From Schmidtea polychroa (taxonomy: Eukaryota): a stretch of DNA of 64,000 nucleotides. The position numbers were made by a program, and so were the translations under genes. This document shows positions 37,301-51,314 of this stretch, piece after piece. The notes below the pieces were generated by a model. It was not told the DNA's origin, ran no database searches, and saw only the letters and a program-made list of their open reading frames with translations. Every line of letters starts with the position of its first letter. The stretch's first letter is position 1. Location: NCBI GenBank assembly GCA_044892525.1, contig CM097887.1, positions 50,592,001 to 50,656,000 on the forward strand, in the 5' to 3' direction.

Positions 37301-39927
37301 ATTTTCTTTTGGACATTCGATTTCAAACTTAATATCTCAGTGAGCTGCATTGAATGTATGAAATATATTTTAACAAATTTAATTAGAAGTATGTATGGAG
37401 AAACTCATCGGGAACAAAATAATCAAGAAAAAATTTTGAAAGCGTATTTGAATAACCACCCAAAAGAACTAATCTACGAAGTACAAAGACATGTTTTCAT
37501 GACAGCAGGAGCACACTATTCTCTATGATTTTTTCATTAAATACATTCGCAGCAAAAGGCTTAAATTATCACTTAATTTTTTTAAATAATAAATGCTGCT
37601 ACCAAGAAATCATCACTTAATAATTATAATAATAATAATTAGATTAATAACAATAAGTTTTCTATTGATTAACATCCTTCGCAATGATGATTACAGTAAT
37701 GAGATCAAGCATGCAAATGACATGATAAGGGACCAGGATAGTGATTATTCTCGCTGTGATAATACTATTAATGATATTAGCAAAATAATAATAATAATAA
37801 AAATCGCCATTCGTACATCTTTTTCACTATATATTTCGATGACATCACTATCATCATCAGGTTACCTACAATCACGACGGATGAATAACTATTCTATATT
37901 GATAATATATAAACAAATAAATTTTTAAATTATAAATAACAATTTTAAACAATTATTTTTAAAAATAATTTCCAACACTTAATTATTTTAAACTTTTAAA
38001 ATTATTTAAAAATATTAATTTAATTATTTTTTATATATTTAACATAACTATTATTAATATACATCAACATACAAAAACTTAATTAAAAACATTCAATACA
38101 TACGTATTCACTGTATTCTGCACATTGATTTTAGGATTAAAATTTCTTTCTAATAATGCTTCACATATCACACGCTCTAAACAATTATCAAAATTTTTTG
38201 ATAAGATTTTAAAATCCGACATTCCTAATTCTCTCATACTGACTTTATTATGATCCTTAATATTGGACACTCCCTTCGGTCGACAGTGTTTTTGAACTCG
38301 AGTACAGAGATAACGGGAAGTCTCTCCAAAGTCTCCATTATGTGAATTGATAAACGAGATCCGAACACAAACCAGTTTTTAATTTAATTAATTAATTTTT
38401 TGTTATCAAAAAAAATGATTATATGATAAAAGTAGGTCCTTGTCGAAATGTTCTATCTAATTTTACTTCAACCTTTGAAAGAAATGACAATATTATCTCA
38501 TATTCCACGAAGCTTCAATAATCATTACATCAATTTGATGAATTAGTTTTGCAACCTGTGAGATGTTAAATATTTGTATATTCTAATTTTAATTTATTCA
38601 TTTTTTAAGCATGAATGTAAAATCAGTTCACACTTCAATAAAATTACAGTGATCTTCTTTTACCATAGCACTCAAATGGAAATTATTCGAAGATTAAAAA
38701 AATTAGTGAAATGTTATTTCTTTTATGTTTCTTCGCTAGTTGTCTTTTACATATTATTACAATTTTCTTAGTTCATTTTTGATATATGTCACAGAATTAA
38801 TTTAATTCAGGTTGAGGACGAAGCAGTTTTTCGTGTTTTGACTATAGCGGAAATGGTGAAATGCCCAATACATTTTGGTAAAGTCTATGCAAAATCGTCT
38901 CTTAATAAAATAATGGACTGGCAGAGGAAGAGTTCAAATACAATTGTTTGTGGAACAAGTCTTGTGGCTGTCGTTCACAACGCCGAGAAATATCGAGATC
39001 CAAATTGGAAGGTAGCAGCATCATTCGTCACCATGCCAGCATTAAAAATGAATAAAACTACTGAATCTCAATGTACAGAATTACTTGAAGCAGTTGCGAG
39101 TAAAAAAATAAATCATGTTGCTTCCTCGCATTTAGTTTTTGATATGAAGCATAAAGCTAGTGGCAGAAATGATTTCCGCTGCATAATTCCTGGTACTAAT
39201 GGAGTTCAATATCGAATGAAAATTCTATGGGACAAAGCTGTGGTACTTTTCATTTTTACATTTTTCTAATAATTTTAATGTGACTAAGAAATCTGGTAGA
39301 ATGGAACCGACATCATTCGTCAATTGTGTAAGCACAACACCAGCAAAATTGGCGAATATTTATCCTCAAAAGGGCACGGTATCTATTGGATCTGATGCTG
39401 ATATAATTGTTTGGAGGGGTGATGGTATGTCAAATAACCATTTTGAGGCCGGCGATATCAACGTATTCGAAGACATGATTTGCCATAGTGGTCCCAAATA
39501 TGTAATTGTTAATGGAATAGTCGTTCTAAATCATGAAGGGAATTTCACTGCCTCTAAAGGCTCTGGTCAAATTGTTTCACCTTCGTCTGAAACAATGAAT
39601 TCTTATTTCCAGAAACAACTTATAAATTACAAACTGTCACATGAAATCGAAAAGAAAATTGCACGGGAACCCTATGACGGTCCTGTCATAGATCCTAACA
39701 GCGATAACAAAGAAGAAAAGCATGTTCTCTATTCTCACATGGTCAATAATGATGTTTATAAACGAGGTGGACCGGCAGAAGATAAAAAAGGTTGTTTAAA
39801 ATTATTTTCATTTTTTATTATAGTAACCATTCTAGAAGCATTACCTCCTGGTCAAAGAGTAATTAGAACTTCAGTGAAAACGGCTCAGCCTCCAGGTGGT
39901 TCAGCGCAAGCAAGTTGGTGGGGATAA
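34393..39927 (+). CDS. unc-33: CRMP/UNC-33-like (dihydropyrimidinase family, non-catalytic); exons 34393-34555, 35243-35353, 35408-35793, 38811-39242, 39289-39790, 39836-39927; start exon not resolved
   Basis: LLIKCGTVINHD..IDATGCFVIPGGVD, GTKAAIYGGTTTV, VHAEN, HYLSRPE, TTPAKLANIYPQKGTVSIGSDADIIVW and C-terminal QPPGG; GT-AG introns in phase. Confidence 0.9.
36150..37330 (-). mobile_element. Penelope-like element fragment (RT C-terminus + GIY-YIG endonuclease), decayed, in CRMP intron
   Basis: CITCSVCKEIYIGSTLRTLYQIVKEHL; inverted copy of 52720-54010. Confidence 0.85.
37820..37870 (-). ncRNA. Candidate Penelope-type minimal hammerhead ribozyme
   Basis: Minus strand reads CCTGATGA-TGATAGTGATGTCATC-GAAA-TATATA-G: CUGAUGA and GAAA core, short stem II and palindromic stem III. 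It lies downstream of a GIY-YIG C-terminal fragment. Stem I is imperfect. Confidence 0.5.
38060..38330 (-). mobile_element. Penelope-like GIY-YIG C-terminal fragment (second family)
   Basis: DFKILSKNFDNCLERVICEALL..FNPKINVQ; inverted homologue at 57690-57870. Confidence 0.7.
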
Positions 39928-40937
39928 TTTGCTAACCTGACAATTTATTATGAATTCAGTTCAAATGTTTACTTTTTATGTTTAATTTATTTTATTTATA
40001 CCATAGGATTTCAGACTATTCTCCTAGGAATATATGTGTATTGTTCTGACAATAAAATTTTCATTTCTCTTTCATGTCTGTTTCACGCTCATTTAATATC
40101 CCTGGATGACTGTCATCATTTTGTTTATTAAAACAATTAATTTGACACTTGATTTTACTATGATTTGGTAATGTACATTAAAAAAAATTCGAAATATAAT
40201 AATAAAGATTGAGGAAATGAGAAACAGGTCTACTATATGGGATTTGCGCTACGGATTCAGATCGTGTTTTTTTGTCCGTATCGTTTTTTTAAATAGGAAA
40301 ATTTTAAACATATTTTGAATACTAAGTAAAAATAATACAATTCTATTTATTGTAATTAAATAAATAAAAATCTTAATTTATGTAATTCTAATTCATAAGT
40401 AATGCTTTCATTCGGGAAATTTTAATCTCAATTCAAATTTACTGATTTAATCCCTAATTTGACAATATAAACTTATACTTTGATAATGTAAAATATATTA
40501 ATGACAGAATAAATACAATATTTGAAAAAAATATAACAACCTATTTAATCAACTTTGTTCTTCATATGCAGCGATTACTCGTTCACGATCAGTATTCTAT
40601 GTAGTTTGATTCCTTCGCTTTTGTATTGGAACTTTACGTCGGTGGTCGGATGTAGGAGTTGTTCGCTTTCATTATTTTCGACATTTGTGTTATTTAAAGA
40701 ATTCTTGAATTCATTATTTTGATTCATTTTTACAAATTTGTCAAAAAAATATTTTAATTGTTAAAATTGAATTTAATATTATCAATAAAACACTATATTG
40801 TCAATTTAATGTATATTATTATACGAAGACCAATCTTGTCAAGAATGTTAAATGGTAAAAATGTAATGTAATAGTAAAAAAATATTTTTAAAAATTGCAT
40901 TTGTTTAAATTTATTAAAACATTGAAGTATAATAAAA

Positions 40938-42010
40938 TGGTTGCGACATCTCATTAACTTTGTGACAAAACTTTACTAATATAATACATAGATAATTAAT
41001 ATTTAGAATGCATTCCACAATTTTTTAATAATGCCATTTAGTCTATTTGGAATTGATCTGTATAGATCAAATATCATTTGATCCAGTATTATGTTCCATT
41101 CTGTTAAAATAATGCCCCATAATTCGATAGATGTTTTTTGAGTTCTTTTATACACTTTGTCCTTCAAGATCGACCATAAATTTTCTATTATGTCTATGTC
41201 AGGTGATTTTGGGGGCCAATCGCTTGTGACGCAAATACCTTTCCTAACCAGAAATTCTGTAGTAGACTTCGAATGATAGCATGAAGCACCTTCTTGCATA
41301 AAAATAATTTCCGGAGAATAAAGGTCTTGAAGGCCTATTTCAAAAACAGTTTCATAAGCAGTAGAATCTAATCTTCTTGGACATTTTATCAACATTCGTT
41401 TTCCATTCCCTAAAATAGCTCCTCACACTAATACTGAAATACATCCTTGTCGCACTGTTTTACACGTATATTTGTTCTTAAAACGACTATTTATAGGTCT
41501 TCGAACATAACGACGCCGAGTGGTATATAAGTCAAACCGTACCTCATCAGTAAACATTACATTATTCCAAAATTCTTGAATTTATGATTTATAGGATTTG
41601 CGCCAAGCTATTTGTTTTCGAATTTGAACCTTATTTAAAAGCGGTTTTAGCTCCTAATCTTCCCTATAAGCCACTTTTTCTTAAAATTCTTCGAACTGTC
41701 CAAATTGACAGTTTCTCGTTCGTTTTTATCCCTCGAGATATTTCTCTAGCAATATCAAAGGGATTTATTTTTGAATGAATTAAAATTGAACTTCTCTCTC
41801 GTTCCGTAGATTTCAATGGGCGTCCACTCTGCTGTTGATTTTTAACTGATCCACAGCGTAAATACTTTCGCCGTATGTAGCTCATAGTTGCTTGCTTTAC
41901 ATAAAGCATTTTAGACACCTCCATTTGTGTTTTGCCTTTCAATAACTTGTCTATTATTAATTCCTTAATTTCTTCAGAAATCTTTGGCATTTCTAAAAGA
42001 TATATTAAAG
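40938..42010 (-). mobile_element. Tc1-type (DD34E-like) transposon, decayed
   Basis: HTH ORF 41664-41990 (SGRPLKST), FWNNVMFTDE, VLV*G, FMQEGASCYH, WPPKSPDIDIIENLW. Confidence 0.9.
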
Positions 42011-44559
42011 GGTTATAAAATAAATATAAAAAGTTAATGTGTATAGAGAAGCTCGGGCGGGCTATTAACTATTAATATTGTTTGAACTATTTTGGGTGAT
42101 ATCCGAGGCAGAGATGTGGAGCTGAATGTCAGGAGAGAGATTGACTCGGCAATAACTGTTTGTCATCCAGCTTTGAAAGAGTTTAGAAGGAATGGGAAAA
42201 TCAGAACAAACCGGCATTAGCCCCAGATAGGGATGTTAAGAAGAAATTTGAGAAAAGGCAAAAGGAAACTTATTGGGAGGATTAAGGATAATGACTAGGT
42301 GAATATTAATAAAGATTTTGACAAAGCATCTACATCGATGGGAGGATCGGTCAAATTCATAAAACCTTGGTCATTGATGATTTTGTGTTGAAAAAGATAT
42401 TTTGTGATTAAATATACATTTGGTAGTTTGTTATTTCGTTATTTTCAATTAAAGGGAATTATGATTCTTGAATTGAATAAAAATAAACAAAATATATTTC
42501 AAACTATTTTAACTTAATTGACACGTTATCAAACTACAATGAAAATTGAAATTGGAAATAAGAAATTTCAGTCAAAAATTTCGCCTACTATTTTTAATGA
42601 ATAGTATACATTAAAAATTAGAAGCTTTTATGCTCTAATTAACCACTTGAGTGCTGGTCGTTTTTTCTAAATATTATTTAAATTTGTTTAATAAAAATCG
42701 GTAAAAAGACGTGGTTTTTTAAATATTTAATATCTTTCATAATTTTTAACATATTTTAATAAAATTTTCACAAATAAATACAATTTTAATGTAGTAGTTA
42801 AAATGTAGTAGTTAATATTAGGATTCTCATCCGTTAGAACATTAATATCTGTTTTCAAATCACTAAATAATTCCATAAATTTTATTTAATAAATTATACA
42901 CTCAAAAACTTATCTCTTCTTATTTTTTGTTATTTAAATAAATTTCAGTTTTCTTTTTAAAATATTTTTCAATAAAAATATTTTTTAAATTTAACAAAAT
43001 TTCTAATTAATCTTTAAGAATCTTTCAACTTCCTCATAATAAAAATTTATAAGATATTTTTGCAAATAAATAAAAAAATTTATGTGTCAAAGTTTGCCCG
43101 ATCACATATGAGATGGCATGGGGCTCGGAGTGCCTTTGGCTCAAACAATAAGTAGCGCCATCAAATCAGACAATTTCCAATAACAATTTATTATTTGCTC
43201 GCACTAAGATAAGTCTCTCGAAGGAAGATCTCTCATTCTGTTACACTAGGAATATAATATTATAATTTCGCAATAAAGTTTCTTTTTCTATGTCAAATCT
43301 TCGAGAATTCTGCTTTCCTTAGACTAACTGGCAAAACGCCTATCTTGTAATTGAATTTTTTTTCTCTTTCGGACTTAATTTACTGATAGGAGTCCTTTTG
43401 AATTTATTTTAGTAATTATCAATTTGGGAGCTTAGGAATTTTCGCACTACCTATGACACAACAAAAATAATGACCTCCGACTTACACCTCGCACAAAAAA
43501 TACAACCAGATAAAACATTCATCCACTCTAGTTTAATATTCCCCTTTAGAAACTGCACAATTCATCACATGATTCTTGACAGCAATAGGAACAAAGTCGT
43601 ACAAAACAGACCCAAACAATTAGGATATGACCAGAAAATCAAAAAAATATTAAAAGATACACCAAAACATCAACAACAATTATATATATGCTCACTTCAA
43701 ATTAGTAGGTTTAGGAATAGGACCGAGCATTGACGAATACATGATACACGGCATCACACACCTCATTAAGAAAAAAAAACCCTCACGAGACATATGAATG
43801 AAGGAATTTGTAGTTAAACAAATGACAGCAGTATCTAATATAAGGTTCAAACACACAACAATAGATATAGACCACACACTTCGATGGCTAAATGCAGACA
43901 TCAAAGATGAATCGGGTCCATCAACAATATTCGGCAAATTCAGATCAGCAATTAAAAGGATAAACAAAACGTTTGGCATCAAAATCACACTTGCATAGAA
44001 AACAATAAGTTCATCTTACACATTAAAACAAAAAGTTTAATGAAACATTAATGAAACAAGATGTCAATTAATTCCAAATATTTATCGAGTATGTGAAAAT
44101 CCAGGATCAATTAATGCACCGATCCGTCGAATTACGCGGTACCGATTTTATGCGGTCATTAAAATAATATTTTTTTAATGAAATCAAAAATTTTTAGTGG
44201 CAAGTGTCACTAAAATAAATTTACGTGTAAAGACATTTCTGAAATTTTACAATTGGCCAGTAACTTAGAAAATAAGGTTTTGGTCACTGATCCTGATATT
44301 GACGGTGCTGTTAAATTTCAGTGAGACAATAAAGGCATTTGCGCACAATACAGTGAAATTTAAAAAGATATAACAAAACTCATTGCTCAGGGAAAATATT
44401 AAGCTAAAATTTATTTTTAACTTTTATTATTATGTACGTCACCATGGCAACCGACAAAATGGTTACAAAATTTTATATCTACTGAACATATCAAATCCAA
44501 ATGAAGTCTGAATCAAGGTTTTATTGACATCAACAATCATTTGCTTGACTCCAAGTGTA

Positions 44560-44945
44560 TAAACCAACAAATCATGCTCTCAAATTTGACCGTGTTTTGA
44601 AATACCAGCTTCAGATTCACCAATAATCTCACAGATCCTTTTCCTTTCGATAAAGGTCTTTTGCATTCACCGGCTGCTTAGGAAGCACTGTATTGAAACT
44701 TTTTATTGCAGATGTTCCCCGGTTTAATTTCAAATTACAATGAGCCATATTCAAATATAATTTCAAAACATGACATCGAGTTTTCTCATCGTCATCAGTC
44801 TCTAACGGCATAGAATATAATATATCCAGTACTCGTAAATATTCATTGAGCGCAATTCCATAACTTTTGTTTTAAACAGCAGCATTGGCATCATTACGAC
44901 ATTGAACAACTAATTTAATAACTTCATAGGAAGTCAATTCGAATC
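44560..44945 (-). pseudogene. Intronless immunophilin-type TPR fragment (FKBP6/shutdown-like by recall)
   Basis: CRNDANAAV*NKSYGIALNEYLRVLDIL..DDDEK..LKLYLNMAHCNLKLNR..AIKSFNTVL..PVNAKDLYRK follows the FKBP TPR pattern. Confidence 0.65.
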
Positions 44946-44949
44946 TTCT

Positions 44950-45340
44950 ATAGCTGCCAAACATTCATTTTCTTAGCGATTAACATTGCGACAGAGTAGC
45001 TTGCTTTAACAATATTAGAATGTAGTTGTAATGAAGAACTAAACATTTTCTGCTGAGATTTTAAATTCGGATTTTAGCTCGGCTAACTTAATTTTTCTCA
45101 ATTCTTTATTAGATTTCACATACACATCATGCTTCGTTTCATGATGTCTTTTAACATTGTATTCCTTGAAAACAGCTATTGTATCTCGGCAAATCAAACA
45201 TGTTAATTTTCTTCCCAATGATCGCTGTATTTTTTGTTTTTGGAATTCATTCTAGAGGCCAAATATAATTAAGGTTATGCATAATTATTCAAAGTGTATT
45301 CATTTGAAGTGTATTATCTTATAATTTTATAGATATATAA
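44950..45340 (-). mobile_element. hAT (Buster/SPIN/GTF2IRD2-like) transposase N-terminus
   Basis: LTCLICRDTIAVFKEYNVKRHHETKH (BED-type zinc finger) and KASYSVAMLIAKK. Confidence 0.8.
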
Positions 45341-45834
45341 CACTTAAAGAAACCTGATTTTGACTATTAAATGCCGTGACCTCATGGATTTTTAGGCCAT
45401 TGAGCATTCCACCCGCAAGTTCAATTTTTCTGACAATCACTTAATTTACATAGTACCACCGTGGCTTACCAACAGGAGAAATATGGTTACCGTTTTTGAC
45501 AAACAGATTTCGTGGTAAGCTGTTGCTGAGATTGGCAGGTAATACAATTAACATCGAACGTTTAAAAATTTTATTTACTCGTTTTTTACTTATCCTGAAA
45601 ATGCTATCTCTTTTACTTTGTGTTTTTGCGAATTTAAAATGAACTTTGAATTGGTTTGATTGCATATTTTGTCGACACCTTAAAATAAATAGAAAACTTA
45701 AAAGTCTTGCAATTATTTTTTAAAATAAGTTTGATTTTATTGTAATTTTTTGATACTTTAGTGAATTTAAACTCATCTTGGTTCGTTTTCATGTATTTGG
45801 GTTATCAACATTTTCTCTTTATTATAATATTTAA

Positions 45835-46411
45835 GGGTCTACGACAAAAGGCCGACAGAGACAAAAGACCGACGAGGACAAATAGCTTACAGGCTTAAAA
45901 GTCGACAGAGATAAAAGCCGACTAAGTAATTTTATAATTTTATAGGATAAATAAACAATTAAAATAACATCATTTATTTAAAGAAAAAGATGCAGAAAAA
46001 TATTTCTACAATAAAAATCTTAAAACTTAAATTATACGATATTCCCCGTAAAAAAATTATGTAGAATATTTCAGGATGATTTTTTCCAACCAATATTTGC
46101 CATATTTTGTGCGAATTCTCTACTTTGTTTTGAGTTCTTAGTATGGCGTTTATTTCGTTGTCATATACAGACTAAATTTATAATAATAAATAAGTATTAT
46201 TGAAACAATTTAAAATTATGTTTATTGTTTAGAATAAAATCTTTTAAATTATAATTTATGAATTAAATTATCTTTTTGTTTGCTTTTGTTCATGTCGGCT
46301 TTTTGTCCACGTCGGTCTTTTGTCTGTCGACTTTTTGTCCATGTCGGCCTTTTGTCTGTCGGCCTTTTGTCTGTCGGCCTTTTGTCTATGTCGGCCTTTT
46401 GTCCGGATTCC
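45835..46411. mobile_element. MULE-type MITE, 577 bp, with tandem subterminal repeats and 9-bp TSD
   Basis: Inverted arrays of GACAAAAGGCCGAC at both ends; AATATTTAA on both flanks (45826-45834, 46412-46420). Confidence 0.85.
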
Positions 46412-46747
46412 AATATTTAATTATAATATTTAATTTTCAAGAACAAAATATATTTTCAATTCCTGAAAATTACTTTCAATTTTAAGCTAACGATTTCGTA
46501 ATAAATGTAATTAATATAAGATAAAAATTCATTTGCTAAAATTATTTTGAACATAGAACGTTATCATAAGAATTATACTCTATTTTCTTATTTGAAATGC
46601 CATTTATTAATTCTTTGTTTTAAAATTTCATATCTAATGACGCTAAAGTTTATTAAAAACTAAATATTCAATTTTTTAAAAATTAAATAACACTATCATA
46701 AAATTTTAATATCCATTTCAAAATTTAGATCAAAAATCAAATAATTC

Positions 46748-47490
46748 ATGTCATTAGAAAATTTTAAAAATCGTCTTCTTAACATATGTAAACAAGAAAA
46801 ATTAACTCCGTCAGATTTTATTATTCAATCTATACAGAGTGCTTATCATGGGACTAATTCGAAACTTTATTGTCTAACATTATCGGACGAAAGTATAAGT
46901 AGTGATATGTGTCAAGTTTTATCTGAATGTTTTCGCCATGACACAACGTTTGAGGAAATATCTTTTAAAGATTGCAGGCTTTCACCAGATTGTAAGTTAT
47001 TATTTTGTTGATAAATTTAGACCTCAATTCATAAAATTTCTTAATTTCTTAATTAATTTTGAGAATTTATAATAAATATAAACGTTGATTTCTTAAATAC
47101 ATAATTAATTATATATTCGTTATCATGAAGTGACTTTATAGTAAAATTTAATTGAATTTTAACATTTTATAGTTTATTTCTACAATGACTAAAAGAAGTT
47201 AATACTTGTATAAATCACCGTACTCAAGAAATGAAGGGAGATTCTTCAATAAGGAATCAGTTAATATAATAAAAAACTCATCAAAAGCTTTTATATTTCA
47301 ATAAAATTTTCTAAAGTTTTACTGATAACTTATACTAATAATTGAACCAATAGTGTACAAAAATTATGTAAAGATAGATATCAGAATTTATTGAGGTGGG
47401 GTTGGGAGTAATCCACCTTGTTGGATAATTTTTCGCCAATAAAAATGAAAATAATTCTAGGATTGGTTGTAAATATAAATAAATTATTAG

Positions 47491-47556
<66 letters not shown>

Positions 47557-50500
47557 AAACTGAAGATTATTATAAATTGTGTAAGGTCATTCAGCGGGGA
47601 GGAGGGTTACTAACATTCTTTTGTTTACAAATATACTTTTTAAATCTTTCCTGGAACTTCTTAATGAAAAACCTTTATTATATGTTTGGTTGTCAGCTAT
47701 TCGGATTTTAGCGGGAAATTCTTTACTTAATCGACGTAATTCCCGATCATAATATAAAATTATTAAAACGAGACTAAAATATTTTCTATAATTTTTAAAA
47801 TGTAATATCATGCTTTGTTTTATCCTTTTTGTTGTTGGATCTTGTGGGAAATCAAATATTTTGGTTGCAACTTCAAACAGTGTTCTTTTCCGGCTATCAA
47901 TTTCATTTATGAAGATTTATTTTTTTCTATCAAAATGAACTTCATAATCTTTATTTATTTGAAGAATCTTCTTCAGCTCTCCAGGAAATTCAGCCTTAAA
48001 TATCCCGTCTAATTCGGACCATTTTGATTTTACATTTTGGAAAGAAACATTGATTATTACTTCTTTCTCTTAAATTAACTTTTGAAAAAGATTTAATCTT
48101 TTATCAGCCAATATTTTAGCCAAGATTTAGCCAATCCAAATCACAGTGCGAATTGCATTGAAAACCTAGAATGTTTCGTGGGCCGAAAGCAAAAAAATAA
48201 ATAATGTGTGAAATGTAGATAACAATATAAATTTTAATTTAAATACAGATTATAACAATCAGGATTTTCTTTAGTCATAAAGTTCATTGTAGGAAAATTA
48301 TTCTTTCTATTAAACTGACAAACCAATCGAAAATATGTTATTTTCAATTGTTAATAAGTAAATAAACAATTTAATTTCCATCGATTTGTAAATGCAAGTT
48401 GGCCTCCTCTATTTTAGGTTTTTACTTTATGATAAACTTGTCAATTGGTGTATTTCGTTATTCTTAATCAGGGCCGTAACAAGGGTGGTGCGAGCGGTGC
48501 AATCGCACAGGGCGCACATCTGAAAGGGCCGCAAAATTGGAATGTAACATTTTACCAAAAAATAACAAAATATAAATAAAAGAAATTATCAAATGGCCTG
48601 CAAAACGACGCCCTAGCTAGCCTATCTAGCCTATTTTCGATTCAGAAATAATAAACATTTTCCAGAATATTTCGTACAGCTGCATTTTTCAAATCTGGAG
48701 ACTGATTATAAACATTGTTTTAAACAAAAGATTTAAAATGAAATAAATTAATGTTAAAATACTTTTTGACTGCGGCCCCATTTGGAGGCGACAAATTTCA
48801 ATGCGGCCTATGGAAATAAAAAGGTTCCCATCCATGGTTTAGACTTTACATATTTTGAGACGAGATTAAAATATTTTAAGTTTTATTAAAATAAAATTCT
48901 ATTTATGCACATAAATGAATCTAGTATCAAAATGCATTTAAAACACCACTATAATAATGTCAAAGATATAATAATAATAATCACAATTCTTATTTATGGA
49001 CGGGGAATCAGCCAATCAGCGTATGTTATAGTACAAAAATGAGGATGAATTTAATTTTTTGGTACTTATTACATATAAGTCATCAAAGCTGCAGCCAGCT
49101 TAAAATATCCCACTATGATGCTGAATTATTTCTATGTAGGACGTAATAATTTTAAGATAAAATATAGAAGACTGATGAAAATGAAAATGAAATTCCTTTA
49201 TTGAAAATACGAATAAGGATATCAAAATATTTATAACAATAAATCTAAAATTTTCACTAATTGAACGGCTATAAATAATCCTCGCGCACTTTATATTAGA
49301 CTTTAGATATAAAGTTAAAATCTCAAAAATTCGAGTTCAAAATAATCAAAATTCGAAAACAAATTTAAGTGCAAAAATTAAAATTAAATTCAAAATGATT
49401 AAAGTCCATGTAGGTAATGAAAAGTTAAAGACGAATATAATAATTTCAAATCGAACATGAGTCCTTAGATAACTTAATTACATAAATACAATTAAATAAA
49501 TAAAATATTTATTCATGATATTAACCATCTTAGAATGAAAACCAAATTACCCAGTTTGACAAGACTGTTAACCCTTTCCAGCCCAGTGATTCCAAATGGA
49601 ATCATTAGTTAAAAACTCAGTTTTTTTCTCTCCACTACCAAAACGGTTGACAGTAACTAGTGAGAACTATAGTAAGATATGTTTTTAACAGTTGGCACAG
49701 GGGGCAACAAAAAAAACGAAGTAAAATATTTTTATGATAAAATAAGTAGTTTTGGTACCTACTTACTGCATATATTTTTTTTTGTTTTGAAAAAATTTGG
49801 GCTGGAAAGGGTTAACAGTCTTCTGTTAAATTCTGGTCTAATAATTCAATTGACAATTCTCAATTTATGGATATAAATTGGCAGGCTTACGATTTAATTC
49901 TGATTAATGTTAAACACAGCATACCAGCACACTGTATAAGACGAAAAATAACTCAACTAAATTTGTCATTGTGGTTGAAAACAAAGTTCATCAATGAAAT
50001 TACGAAATAATTGAAAATTAAGCCAGATATAACTTTTCAGATGTCCATCTGACCTCAAACACATAATTTTTATAAGTAGTAGATAGATGTGAGACCTCAG
50101 AAACATCCGACCCCCATTCTCTGTTGAAGAAAGCGTCTCCACTTGTTTTTAAATTTCTCGGCATTTTAAAATTGAATAAATAACTTTCTGGATAGAGTAT
50201 GACTTACCAGATTTTATTGATTTTAATTGCGTTGGATGCGTAATGGAATTCTGTTGAAGATGGATATCAAGGAAAATGTTATGTTAAAATTTAAAATTTA
50301 ATATTTAAAATATTTGTGTGTGTTGAATATTGTTGATATTGTTAAAAATATATTTGTAACATTCAACTCAGAAAAATTTTCTTTTTCAGATAGCACTTTT
50401 AAAATTTCAAATGTCTTATCCAGTTCTTTTGTAACCCAAACGAGCACAAGGGAATTCTGCTCCCCTTCCTAGCAATAAGAAATATTGGTTTTATGCAAAG

Positions 50501-51271
50501 AGAAATAACATATTTGTAATCAGAAAAATACTCTTTTTTGTCATTATTTAAAATCTTGATCAGATAGATGTTCCTTGTTGTTGGCAATAACATCCTATAC
50601 AAGAATAAAAAAGTCCCTAACAATAATATTAATACTAGACTATTACAAACGACATAATTTAAAATACATTTTCTTTCAGGTTTACAGCTAATTCTGGAAG
50701 GTCTTAGTGATAATTCTTGTTGTATTAAACTGTGCTTAAAGGTTGGAAAAAGATATTATCCAATTTTAATTCATTTTTAGGGAAATTACATTAAAAATCA
50801 AGGCTGCGAATTGTTAGCGAGACTGATTTGTCGTAACAGTACAATAAAAGAGTATCAATCACTCTTCGTTTTAATCTATCTTTTACATCTATCTATTAAG
50901 TTTGTCTCTTGAATGGAACCAAGTCGGAATCAACGGGAATGGATTCGACCAGTTTTGTAACAGCTTAATTGATAATAAAACTCTCCAGGCTTTGGATTTG
51001 CGAAACAATCAAATTGGATTCGATAATTGTCAAATGCTCACAGAAGCTTTAAAGAAAAATACAAGTCTGAAAGAACTTGGTAATAATTACGTTGATAATC
51101 ATTCAAATATGCGTTCGGATGTGGAAATTTTAAATTGATTTAGATAGTCTTTGATGATTGGGTGATACTCACAAACAGACATCAATATATTACTGATTTA
51201 AAGTCTTCAAACTCTCTTTTTAATAAATTCAATGGAAAAATAGTCAGTGGTGAAATTGGAAGAAATAAAAG

Positions 51272-51314
<43 letters not shown>

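Noticed and set aside
42040-42340. Short TGT...ACA LTR-like insert at the 5' end of the Tc1 element
   Set aside because: No matching TSD or second copy in the window.
43440-44030. Non-LTR retrotransposon 3' fragment
   Set aside because: Coding-like composition but no diagnostic RT or endonuclease motif recognised.
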